Below are positions 1 to 10,196 of a stretch of 64,000 bases of DNA, one piece after another. The position numbers and the translations under genes are program-made. The notes below the pieces were generated by a model. That model was not told where the DNA came from and did not search any database. It saw nothing but the letters and a program-made list of their open reading frames with translations. This DNA comes from Blastocladiella emersonii ATCC 22665 (taxonomy: Eukaryota; Fungi; Blastocladiomycota), in NCBI GenBank assembly GCA_025594325.1, contig JANHCV010000003.1, positions 1,364,001 to 1,428,000 of the forward strand, given 5' to 3'. Numbering within the stretch: the first letter of the stretch is position 1; every line of letters starts with the position of its first letter.

Positions 1-198
1 ACGGCCACGGTCATGGTTAGTCTCGTTCCCATCGTCCATGGATCGCGGTGACCCGTTCGTTGACGCAAGCAGCGCTGCCTGGTGCAGCCACCTCCGTCCG
101 CTGCTGCTTCCACGGAATTCGGCCCGCCTGGCAGCAACAGCCGCAGCTGCTCGCCGAAGAGGATCACCGCGAGAGGGAGAGATGAGGCAGAAACGCAC

Positions 199-273
199 CC
201 ACACGGGGACGCCCGAGTACACGGCCGAGTGGATCTCCGAGTGCACGTCGCCGGTGCCCATGGTCATGGTCAT
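199..273 (-). CDS. First coding exon of an Mbp1/Swi4/Res-type (KilA-N/APSES) G1/S transcription factor; the gene continues beyond the left edge of the window
   Basis: Not in the ORF track. The minus strand reads MTMTMGTGDVHSEIHSAVYSGVPVW, which matches the (I/V)YSAxYSGVxV(Y/W)E N-terminus of the SBF/MBF KilA-N domain. It is followed at once by a GTGCGT donor (198), and a CTAAC branch point lies near position 20, so the next exon starts outside the window. Confidence 0.75.
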
Positions 274-1449
274 GCTGGCGGGCGGGGTGGTCGGGGTTGT
301 CGTCGTCGTAGAAGTTGCCGGCCACGGGATCGGGGCGCTAGCTCCGCTGGTCCTGCAGGTGGTGGTGCGGTCGGGTTGCCGCCGGGCGTGGTGGAGCTGG
401 CGGGCGGGCGGGTTTCGGCAAGGGTGGGAGCGGGGAGGGAGGTCGGGGGCTCCGCGCTCTCTCGTCGCTGCGCAGGGACTTGCAGCGAGCAATGGGGTCG
501 GATCGGCCGCAGATGGGGATAGAGTTGGCAGCGGGGGCCGGGTATGTGGGCGTGGGGAGAGAGCAAGAGGAACCCGAGACAAGTGCGGAAGGCAGGCCAG
601 CCGAGGTGGTGAGGCTGGGCGGGGCGGGGCGCGGCCGGAGACAGCGGCGAGACAGTCGGGCGGCAGCAGGGCAGCGGGGGCGAGTGCAGCAGGCGCCAGC
701 GGTGTGGCCGGGAGCAGGTGCCGGTGTGGGGATGGGGGTGGCGATGGGAATCCGGGCGGGAGGAGAAGGCGGGGCAGCGAGGTCGGTCGGTGGGCAACCT
801 CTCGCTCGCGGTTCAGCTGCAGGTGATCTCGCGCTATGCCGATACTCGGCCGAATACCTCGCTTGTCGTCGACCCGCGATGCAAGGAGAGAGAATACGCT
901 GTGCCTTACGCTCCAGTCTATCCGCCGCTGGCTGCGCACCATTTGCTTCTCGGCCGCCCGGCCAGCCGCGGGGGATCGCCCGCACTTGCACTGTCGGCTG
1001 TCTCGCACCTCACTCTCGCGCGCCTCCGTAAGTGGCCGCGCCGCTGGGCCAGCCGGCCTCCTCCGAGACGGTGACGGGAAGAGGAGCCCACGGCGTGTCT
1101 CCCAGGAACAACAAAAGCCGTCTCACACGCTTCTCGCTGCGCACGTGAGAAAAGCCACGCGTCCGCGTCCTTTGGCCCGCACCTGGCGCCGCGGACGTGT
1201 GCGCGGCCGTGACCGCCGCGGCCGCCGGCCGCCGGCTCGGTGCTGGCTGGCCCCGTGTGCTGGGCCGAAATTGGATGATGAAGTGGGACGGACGCTCAAA
1301 CTCTTGCGTGCAACAGCTGGGACCGTGGGAATTCGACTCGCTCAGGCTCGGGTTCGGGTTTGAGGAAAAAGGGTGATATATTTCTTTTCCTGCTTCTTCA
1401 TCTTGTCATCGAGTGCTCCATGACACGCACGCGCCGATCCAGGACCGGC

Positions 1450-2303
1450 TTAGCCCTCGAAGAAAGTTGGCAGCTCGTTGCCGGGCACGAAGATGCGCTC
1501 GACGCCCGCCTCGGTGATCACGGCGAGGCGGATGCACCCCCCACTCGACCCGTCGCGCGACATGGCCAGCGCGATCGCTACACGGTGGCGCAGGGAGTGG
1601 ATGAGTAAGCGGGAGGGTGATGGGCGAGAGCCCCGTGCCGAACGACGTACCGTTCTTGGTGAAGGCGACGCACTCCTCGGCCGTCATGTTGTGGCGGTAC
1701 GCCGCGTCACAGTACCCGTAAATGTAGCTCGAGCCCGAGCCTACACCGCGTCACCGTCCGTTAGCCCCCGTCCCTCGACCTATCCCGGGAGATACGCACC
1801 GCCAATGGCAAACGGCTGCTTGTGCAAGCTACCGCCGAGCGGGATCGAGTAGACGGAGCCGCCCTTGTGCTTGTCCCAGCCGGCGACGATGATGCCGGCC
1901 ATGAGGTTGTCCTTGTTCTGGTAGCACAGCTCCTGGAACATGGCGGCGGCCACCTTGACGGCGGGCGCCTCGCCGTGCTGCGTGCTGTACATCTGGCAGT
2001 AGTAGTGCACAATGTCGGCCACCGCCTGCGTGTCGGCCGCCGACCCGGACCGGCAGCAGTACACGCGGTCGTGCACCATGGTCAGCTTGTCCGTGACGCG
2101 GTTCGCAATGTACGACCCCGTCGTCGTGCGCGAGTCGGCCCCGATCACCACGCCGCCGTTGAACTCGACCGCCATGATGGTCGTCTAGACGTAGGGCGCG
2201 CGCGGACACACACGTCAGCGCTCCGCCCGCGGTTTGCTCGTCCGCCAAGCGAGCACGCGTGACGACATACGCCGAGGTTGACTTCTCCGGGCTTGAGCGA
2301 CAT
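1450..2303 (-). CDS. PRE3: 20S proteasome subunit beta1 (4 exons)
   Basis: Spliced model [11 protein letters not shown]|[23 protein letters not shown]...[10 protein letters not shown]...FAIGG|SGSSYIYG...|[14 protein letters not shown]...FFEG*. It has the propeptide G|T cleavage site with catalytic Thr1. Introns have canonical GT-AG ends (2270-2185, 1799-1741 and one near 1590-1650). Confidence 0.95.
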
Positions 2304-2596
2304 GTTTGGTTCGTGGTAGGCGATGCGTTGCAGGGTGTGTGGGTGTGCGTTACGAAGCACAAACTACGGTGCCAGCAGCAACAGTCGCGGCGGTGGGGTC
2401 GCGTCGGCGAGGTCTGCGGCGGCCGCGAGACGAACGACGCGCGGCAACGTCAGCAGCTCACGGGCATGTGACGCGACGTGGCTCGGCCGATCTCTCTCTT
2501 CTTCCCCCTCGCCATCCCGATACACCCCCAGCGACCTGCGCGAATAAGACTAAAATAGCTGTTTATATATACTGTAACCGTCCCAGCATCAACCCC

Positions 2597-4031
2597 TCAC
2601 GCGGCCATCTCGGTCGCCTCTTCCCAGACGTTGAGCATGCAGTCCTCGCCGCCCGAGACCACGAGCCCGTGGGCCCAGTTGACGCATAGCCGCTTAGCGA
2701 CGGGCGCCTTGGGGAGGAGCGCCGCGTCGTGGTCGGCCTCGTGCGTCGGGACCACGGCCGCGTCCTTGAGCGGGGTCGGGTGCGCGACGACGTGGAGCGC
2801 CTGCGACGGCGACCGCGTGTCGAAGACGCGGACGGACCCGTCGAGCGACGCGGACGCGAGGTGGAACGGGGACGAGGGGGACCACGCGATCTGCGCGACC
2901 TGGTTGCGGTGGCCGAGCAGCCGCGCCTTGACGAGCGTCGCCTCCTGGGCGCGCGGGTCCCACAGGCGGATCGCCGGGTCGGCGTGCGCCGAGGCCACGA
3001 GCCGCGCCGAGTCCGAGTACGCCACGCTGCGCACCACCTTCTCGCAGCTCATCGACACCACGTTCGAGTGCGTCGACAGGTCCCACACGCGCACCGAGTG
3101 GTCGTTGCCGCCGCTGTACAGCGTGTCGCGCCCGCCCAGCGCCACCGTGTTGACGGCGCCGACGTGGCCCGTCATGGTGCCCGTCGGCTGCAGCTGCGGC
3201 GCGCCCACCGTCACCGCCTCGGCCGCGGCAGACGCGGTCGCCTGTTTCTTCTGCTTCTTGGCCGCGGGCGCCGCCGTCGCGTTCTGCAGGCTGCTCTCGC
3301 TGATGTTGAACACCTTGATGCTGCCGTCCCATGCTCCAGAGTACAGCTACATGTTCGTGTGTCAAGTGTGAGCAATTCGCGTTCCGACCGCCAAACGGTT
3401 GGTCCGAACGTACGTTGTCGCTGGCCGACGCAAACGCGATCCCCTCGATGGTGCCCGTGTGGCCGACGAGGTCGCACACGACCTTGGCCGAGGCAGAGCC
3501 CTCGCCGTTCTCCTCCATGTGCACGACCGACACCTTCTGGTTCATACCGGCGACCGCGACACGGATACCCGCGGCGCCCGCGGACGGCAGGAGGGTGGCA
3601 GCCTTGAGCGGTGCGGTACCGATCTGCAGTTTGGTGAGGGTCTCGCCCTCGCGGTTCCAGAGACGCACGACGCCGTCGTACCCGGCCGACACGACGCGGT
3701 CGGCCGAGGGGACCAGGACGGCCGAGATCCAGTCGTCTGCCTGGAACGAGGCGACGGGCTTGGGCGGCGGCAGCGCCACCACGTACTCGACGCTGAGCGT
3801 GTTCTCGACCGACAGGTTGTGCTGCGCGAGGTACGCGTCGAGCGTGGTGCGCAGCAGGACGCCGTCGATCAAAAAGTCGAAGTTGACCTGGTCGCCCTCG
3901 GCCTTGCCCAGCAGGTGGTTGATCACCTCGGACAGGCCGCGACGCTTGAAGTTGGTCGGGACCAGGATCGCCGCCCCGGGCACCGAGTACTCGGTCTGCG
4001 CCGTGTAGAACTTGACCTGGACCTGCGACAT
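2597..4031 (-). CDS. YTM1: Ribosome biogenesis protein YTM1/WDR12 (NLE ubiquitin-like domain plus WD40 repeats), 2 exons
   Basis: N-terminal NLE domain (VQVKFYT...LSEVINHLL...FDFLIDGVLLRTTL...VENTLSVEY) followed by WD40 repeats (GHTGTIEGI, LYSGAWDGSIK, GHRNQVAQIAWSP). One intron at about 3347-3410 joins the two track ORFs. Confidence 0.93.
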
Positions 4032-4305
4032 AGTGGTGGTGGTGACGGATCCGGGCTCGATGCGTGAAGTGGACAGTTACGTTGCGATGGAGCCAGATGC
4101 GAGTCTGCCATCATGCTCGTGCACGACGACGGGGCTGAATCGCGGCGTGCAGGGCGAGCGCGAGGGAGTGCGACTTTGGTCACATGCTTCCACCTGGCCC
4201 GTCGCTACGCCACTCAAATCGCTTGCTTCTTTCCATCACCATCACCATCACCATCTCCATCACGGCGGGGAGAGCAAGACGTCGCAAAAGGAATTTATCG
4301 ACCAA

Positions 4306-6735
4306 TCAACCAAAGAACTCGGCCGACCCGACTACCATCTCGTACCGGATCAGCCCGTTCTCCTCCTCGCTCGCGGCCGGCGCGCCGATGCGGAACGCGT
4401 GGTTCTCGAACGCGCCCGCGTCCTTTTCGGCCTCGTGGATCTCGAGGGCACCGCACCGGCGCACGCCCACGGCCCACACGGCATCGACGCGCTCGTCGTG
4501 GTCCTCGTCCGACTTGGCCACAAGGTGCACGGTCCAGTGCGAGATGGCCGCCGGCAGCAGGCCAGCAACGAACCACGCCGTCTCGGACAGGTGCCTCGGC
4601 AGAACGAACGCGCCGACGTCCGCCGCCGCGGCCGCGGTAGCAGTCGGCGCGGGGGCGGGCTCCGAGTCCGAGTCCGAATCCAGCCCCGCCCGCAGCGGAT
4701 CGACCTTGTTGATAGCCCACTCGGCGACCACGGGGAACATCTCGTCGCTGAGCCCCTTGGTGTTGGCGTCGAGGTGCGTGACGACGGCGAGCGCGCGCGC
4801 CCACGCGACGACGCGCGGGACGCGGTCGTACAGGTCGTGAAGGGGATGGTGCAGCCCGTAGACGCCGAACGGCGCGAGCGCGTGGACCAGGTCGCGCGAG
4901 AGCTTCCAGACGCCGACGTCGACGAGCCCGGCGAGCGGCTCCTCGAGGAACGCGTTGAACGCGTGGTTGACCTCGTGCCACACCGCGGCGCGGTCGGGCG
5001 AGTCGACCGGCAGCGTGCCGAGGTGCTGCGCGCGCTTGCACGCCCTGGCGAGGTCCGTGTCGTTCTCAGCCTTGACCTGCGGCTGGATCCGCCCCGTCTC
5101 GATCTCGTCGACGACACCCGCCAGGACTGCCAGCAGGTCCGCCTCGTCCACGGCGCCGAGCGCGAACAGCCACAGCTGCTCGCTGAAGTCCAGGTTGACG
5201 CGCGGGGTCCACGCGCGGCGGCCGCGGCCGTCGTCAAAGTCGGCCGAGTCGCCTGCCACAGTCGCAACCGCGGGCACCGGCGCCGCTGCCATGGAATCGA
5301 GCGTGGTGTTGGCGACGCGGAACTCGGCGAGGAACTCGGGCAGTCGCTCGATGAGTGGCGTCCGGCGCACGCGCTTGGCCGGCCGGTCCACGCCCATGTC
5401 GTCGCCATCGATCCCCCACCCCGTCTCGCCGCGGAACCACGCCTCGCACTTCCTGGCCTCGAACAAGATCGCGCGAACGTGTTCGTCGACAGCGAGCTCG
5501 GGCGGGTCCGCGGCGACGAGCAGCGTCGTGGACGTCTGCGCGTTAGGCGCCGGCGGCACGAGCAGGTCCCAGCGCGACTCGTTGGCGGCGAGGAACGCCA
5601 TGACGGCATCGGGCGACGGGAGAAGCGACGCGACGCGCACTTCGATCCCAGGCGCCACGTCGTACCGCGCTTCCACCACAGCCTCGGTGATGGCGCCCGC
5701 GCGGCAGCTCACCCACATGTCCGCGAGGTCCGGGTGTGACCACGGCAGCGCACGCGGCGGGAGGATTGTGGGCGGGGATACGGCGAGCGATGCGGTCGAG
5801 GATGGTGGGAATCGGACCATGCCCACGGCGCCGCCCGCGTCGGTCGGGATCATGAGCGGGACCGCGGTTGCGGGCAGCACGTCGGCGGGCAGCAGGCACA
5901 GCGCCGACAGGACCGCGCGCGCGTCGCGGTCCGTCAGCGGGAGCAGGCGCGGGATCTCGGCGACTGGATTGCCGGGCTCCTCCGTCGCGGGCGTGCTCGA
6001 TACGACGACCAGCGAGGCAGCGGGCGTGGCCGGGGGCTCGCTGAATGCGGAAACCGGCGGGGGCGTCGCCGGCTCCTCGTCCATTGCGTTCGCGGACGCG
6101 GGCGTCATCCGCCCCTCAATCAGCGCAATGAGCTCGTCGCTCTCGCTCATGAGGTAGTCCGACGACTCGGCCGGCGTGTCCGGCGTCGGTGGACGGAGCC
6201 ACGGGCGCGCCGCGTTGACGGGCCCGACCGCCGTGAGGTGCATGCTGGGCGTGTCGCGGTTAAAGCGGACCGACGGGTAATGTGCGAGCACGTCGAGGTG
6301 GTTGCGCTGCGCCGGCGCGGGACGCCCACCCCTCGGCGCACTCCCGCTCGCCCACCCGACGGCGAGCCGCGGACCCGAGAACAGCGGGCTCGCGAGGACG
6401 GGCGGCAGGGAGGCGGCGAGCACGGCCTCGACGAGGTCGTCGCCCGAGGTCCACGCCTGGACCGTCAGCGCGGCGGTCGCGCGGCTCCCCGGCAGCGCCG
6501 CGACGGTGACGCTGTGCGCCGCCGGGAGCACGGCCGCGAGGGCCGGGCCGGCCGACGTCGCGGCGAGTTTCCCGCCTAGCGTGTTGATCGCGCCGGCCAG
6601 GGACGCGAGCGCGCCGTCCGCATCGAGCCGGTCGCGGGTCAGGTCCCACGGCGCGGGTTTTGGCTTCAGCGGCGCGGTCGACGCGATCGTGCTCGCGGCG
6701 TGCTCATCGTCATCGTCGTCGCGTGGGTGGTACAT
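4306..6735 (-). CDS. ZWILCH: Zwilch-like kinetochore RZZ complex subunit
   Basis: 809-aa single-exon ORF. The segment LDFSEQLW...VVDEIETGRIQPQV...PLAGLVDVGVWKLSRDLV resembles, from memory, the conserved Zwilch block LDFAEQLW...IQSLQRGDIQPWL...PVQMLLEIGLDKLKKDY. Confidence 0.7.
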   Translation of the reverse strand: MYHPRDDDDDEHAASTIASTAPLKPKPAPWDLTRDRLDADGALASLAGAINTLGGKLAATSAGPALAAVLPAAHSVTVAALPGSRATAALTVQAWTSGDDLVEAVLAASLPPVLASPLFSGPRLAVGWASGSAPRGGRPAPAQRNHLDVLAHYPSVRFNRDTPSMHLTAVGPVNAARPWLRPPTPDTPAESSDYLMSESDELIALIEGRMTPASANAMDEEPATPPPVSAFSEPPATPAASLVVVSSTPATEEPGNPVAEIPRLLPLTDRDARAVLSALCLLPADVLPATAVPLMIPTDAGGAVGMVRFPPSSTASLAVSPPTILPPRALPWSHPDLADMWVSCRAGAITEAVVEARYDVAPGIEVRVASLLPSPDAVMAFLAANESRWDLLVPPAPNAQTSTTLLVAADPPELAVDEHVRAILFEARKCEAWFRGETGWGIDGDDMGVDRPAKRVRRTPLIERLPEFLAEFRVANTTLDSMAAAPVPAVATVAGDSADFDDGRGRRAWTPRVNLDFSEQLWLFALGAVDEADLLAVLAGVVDEIETGRIQPQVKAENDTDLARACKRAQHLGTLPVDSPDRAAVWHEVNHAFNAFLEEPLAGLVDVGVWKLSRDLVHALAPFGVYGLHHPLHDLYDRVPRVVAWARALAVVTHLDANTKGLSDEMFPVVAEWAINKVDPLRAGLDSDSDSEPAPAPTATAAAAADVGAFVLPRHLSETAWFVAGLLPAAISHWTVHLVAKSDEDHDERVDAVWAVGVRRCGALEIHEAEKDAGAFENHAFRIGAPAASEEENGLIRYEMVVGSAEFFG

Positions 6736-6853
6736 TGCATCAAGTCGGGTCGCAGGTTACATGGAGTCGCTGACGAGCGGGTGGGAGGCGCGAAGGGTGC
6801 GTGTGTATCATGCGCAAGACAGGGAGAGAGGAAACAGAGGAGAAGGACATCTA

Positions 6854-7746
6854 CTACGCCTTGGACGGCGACGCTGGGCCGGCTGCAGCGGCGAGTACTG
6901 GCGCCGTCGCGGCTGCGGTAGTAGAGGTGGTGGAGCGGCGCGCGCGTGCGCTCGGGCTGTTCTCGTCGTCGGCGACCGCGACCGCGAGGTGCGCCTCGGT
7001 CTGGGCCTTGGGCGTGAGAGCTGGTGGCGCCGCTCCTGCTCCTGGGGCGCCGGCGGCGGGCGCGAGACTGGTCATGTCGAGCGGCTCGTTGAGCGCGGCC
7101 TGGATCTCCTTCTCCTTGGCGTCCCAGTCGATGCGCTGCGAGGTGCGGCGCAGGCTGACCTTGCTCGACTTGGACTTGGACGGCTTGGACGCGGACACGC
7201 ACAGCAGCTCTTCGTCCGACATGCCCGTGAGCGGGGTCGCGGGCGAGTCGGGGATACCCGACGTGCTGGCGCGCCCGCGCGTCGACCGCCGCGTCGCCGG
7301 GCCCGTGCTCGCAGTCACGCTCGAGGCGGAACGGTGCGACCGCTTGGACCGCGGGGTCTCGGCGGGCACGCTCACGGGCGTGGTGGACGACGACGGCGTG
7401 CGCTTCTTCGCGCTGGACGTGGTCGCCATCGCCGCGGCCGCGGCCGCTGCCGGCGCGATGTGGTTCTCCTCACCGCCTTCCTCGTCGGACGCGGGCTCCC
7501 GCGGCCGCTTGGCGCGCTTTGACCGGCGCAGCGGGGTTTCGGGGACGGGTTCGGGGGCGGCAGCACTCGCCGCGCTCTCAGTCTATACATGTGTACATCA
7601 TCCGGACGTGAGCGTGCGCGTGCGGTGGCGGGAGGGACGTGACGACGGGAAGGTTCCCACGCTCACCTTGCGCCGCTTGCTCAATGGGCGCGCCGAGGCG
7701 GCCGTGTTGCATTCAGTTGCCGCGGGCGCCATGTTCGTCATCATGG
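6854..7746 (-). CDS. Hypothetical Ser/Thr/Ala/Arg-rich, probably disordered nuclear protein (2 exons)
   Basis: Exon 1 MMTNMAPAATECNTAASARPLSKRRK, then a GTGAGC donor and a ...TATAG acceptor, continuing in frame into track ORF 6854..7429. Host-like codon usage and basic NLS-like patches; no recognisable domain. Confidence 0.5.
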
Positions 7747-7931
7747 CGGACTAGCGTTTCATGGACTCGGGCGGGGGGTGAGGAGCGACCAAGTCGGACG
7801 CGTGCGTGTGAGACGTCGGCGGCACGGCGCACGGCGAGGCAAGCCCGTCTCAGTGCGTCACGTCACTCACCTCCACGACGGTCGTCAAAAACATGTGTAT
7901 AGACTAAAAAATCATCGCCCGAAGAAGAGCC

Positions 7932-9106
7932 TTAGGCCTGCTTCTTGGCCTTCTTGCGCTTTGGCGCGGCCGCGCCCTCGCCGTCGTCGCCGGCGCCCTC
8001 CTCGAACTCGTTGGTCTTGCGCAGGGTCTCGAACAGGTAAATGTCCTTGTGCTCTGGCGCAGCGGCGGGGCCGAACGCAGCGAGGTCGATGGCAGCGGGC
8101 GTCGCGGCAGCAGTGGCGGGGAGGGTGTAGAGGCCGGCCATGGTGCCAACGAGGAGGTCGCCCGAGGGCAGGTACGCGAGCGAGAGGATGTTGCCAGCGG
8201 CCTCGGGGAGCGCGACGCGGCGGTCGTAGCGCAGCGCGGTGTTGTTCTCCTCGATCTTGTACAGGAGCACGGCGGCGGTGCCCTCGACGGCGACGGCGAC
8301 GTGGGAGCCGTGGACGGCGAGACCGCGGACGGCAATCTGCGCGACCGACTCGTCGACGTAGGCGCGGATGTTGGCGTTGGCAACGGCCGTGGCCTCGCGC
8401 CAGTTCCACAGGTACACGAACTCGTCGCCGCCCGCGGACAGGAGCAGGTCGCCGGCGACGACAATGTGGGCGACGAACTGGGTGTGGCCGAGGCAGAAGC
8501 CCTCGATGTTGAACCCCTTGGGGAACTGCGACACGCGGATCTTCTCGTCGCGGTCGGCCGTGATGAGGAACTGGTCCGCGTCGCCGGCCAGCTTGGCGGC
8601 GGTCACCATGGACACGTGGCCGACGACAATGTCGCCGCCGGCGCCGGGCTTGTTCGAGGGCGCTTCGGCGGGGACCAGCGGGAACGTCCACACGTCGCCG
8701 TGCTTGTCGGCGCACACGAGCGTCTGGCCATCGCGCGTCACGCACACCTCGACCGCGCGCTTGTCGGCGACGCGCTGGTTGACCAGCGTGCCCCACGCGG
8801 CCGCGTCCCACACCTTGATGAGCTTGTCCTCGCCCGTCGTCACGAGGTACCGGCCGTCCGCCGAGAAGCACGCGGCCCGGATCGGCTGCGCGTGCGCGTG
8901 CGCCGCGAACACGTCCGACGCGGCAACGACGGCGTGGGTGCTACACGTCAGCAGTGTACGTGTCAGCCTCACCGTGTGTGCGCTGAGGTTGCCATGGCTC
9001 CATACGAGGCATCGAGGACGGCAAACGCCGCGCCGCTGAACACGACCACCTGCGCGGGGGTGACGGGCCGGGGCAGGACCAGGGTAACGGGGCGCTGATC
9101 AACCAT
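7932..9106 (-). CDS. TRM82: tRNA m7G46 methyltransferase non-catalytic WD40 subunit (2 exons)
   Basis: Contains ADKHGDVWTF, GHVSMVT, LITADRDEKIRVS.FPKGFNIEGFCLGHTQFV and LLSAGGD, all typical of Trm82/WDR4. Inferred exon 1 MVDQRPVTLV...AVLDAS, with an intron GTATGG...CTGAC...TGTAG. Confidence 0.9.
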
Positions 9107-10071
9107 TGCAGTAACTGTGAATCCGTGGCAGTGCGTCGTCGTTGCGGCCAGTCGCTATCGGGCTCGTGGCGGCGGCTCGGCGGCGGCGCGGTCGTCGGAT
9201 CGGCGCGCGCGCCCACGTCACGTGGAGTCGCCTGAAGGGTCGCCACGCGAAACGCGCCGTGCGAGACACTTTTGTCTCGCGGCCAGCACGGCGCCCGCGG
9301 CGCGTCCACGGGTGCCAGTCGGCCATGGTCATGACGCAGGGCGCCGTCGGCCGCGCCGACTTGCTGGCGCAACTAGGCGTCCCGGCGCTCCCGCCGCCGC
9401 CACAGCCGGTGGCACAGCAGGCCCTGGACCCCGCACGCCGTCGTGATCACCGCGGCGTCAGTGGCGGAAACTCGACGTGGAGCACGCACAAAAGGCCACG
9501 ACGCAACAACCGCGAGCTCGTGTGCGCATGGGCCCCGGCTCGGCTCAACCGTGGGCGCTCGCGGCCCCGCGGCCGCCGCCACGGTCGCGATCTGCCGCCC
9601 GCGTGCGTCCGTGACCACGGCCGTGTCCGCGGCTCGCGGCGAGTAGTGACGGCGACGGCGACGGCGACGGCGATGACGCCCAAGGCGGCCGGAGGGCCCG
9701 ATGATCTCCGCTACTCGATGGCGCGATGGCCAACTAAGCTTGGTCGGTGGGCGATGACGGGCGCGGCGCGGGTCGGTCGGCGGGCGTGAGTGGAGGGCGA
9801 TGGCGTGCTCGCGGTCGCGAGCGGGCGCTTTTTCCGAGGCGCGGGCCGAGCCGACGTGGCGGAAGCAAGGCTGCCGTCGAGCACGCCACCGGAGCAGCAC
9901 GCGATTGGCCGGCTGCGCGGGCCTTCAAGCCTGCCCGCGCGGCCGACACTCGCAGAAATGACACGCCTGCGGGAGCGGGTGCGAGACACCAAGGCCGCAC
10001 TGAAGAACAGTCGGTATGTCAGCGTGCAGCGGGTCGGCCGGCCGCTCGCATACACACTGCGAGGGCCGCCC

Positions 10072-10079
10072 TATATAAA
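10072..10079 (+). promoter_or_regulatory. TATA box (TATATAAA) of the SAM synthetase gene
   Basis: TATATAAA in very GC-rich DNA, about 118 nt before the ATG and followed by a CT-rich tract. The same octamer precedes the UVRAG-like and GDH genes. Confidence 0.65.
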
Positions 10080-10196
10080 CCGGCCGCCCCCCTTGCGTCG
10101 GCCCCGCTTCCGCTCCCCATCCGCCCTTGCACTCTCTCTCTCTTGCGACGAAGACTGCCCCGTGTGATCGTCCCCCTACCCTTCACCACTACCGCA

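Noticed and set aside
274-1400. Several track ORFs of 118-262 aa upstream of the Mbp1-like exon
   Set aside because: Compositionally random, GC-driven ORFs; more likely 5' UTR or promoter sequence.
8985-9000. GTTGCCATGG partial RFX X-box
   Set aside because: Only half a match, inside a TRM82 intron and not near the flagellar genes.
9110-9226. TCACGTG (Cbf1-like) and AACTGTG (Met31-like) words in the TRM82/SAM synthetase divergent region
   Set aside because: Single imperfect matches about 1 kb from the SAM ATG, and the Met4 system is not established for this lineage.
9373-10060. Short overlapping ORFs and a (GACGGC)n microsatellite in the TRM82-SAM intergenic region
   Set aside because: Low-complexity Arg/Ala/Gly translations with no coding-type codon bias or motifs.
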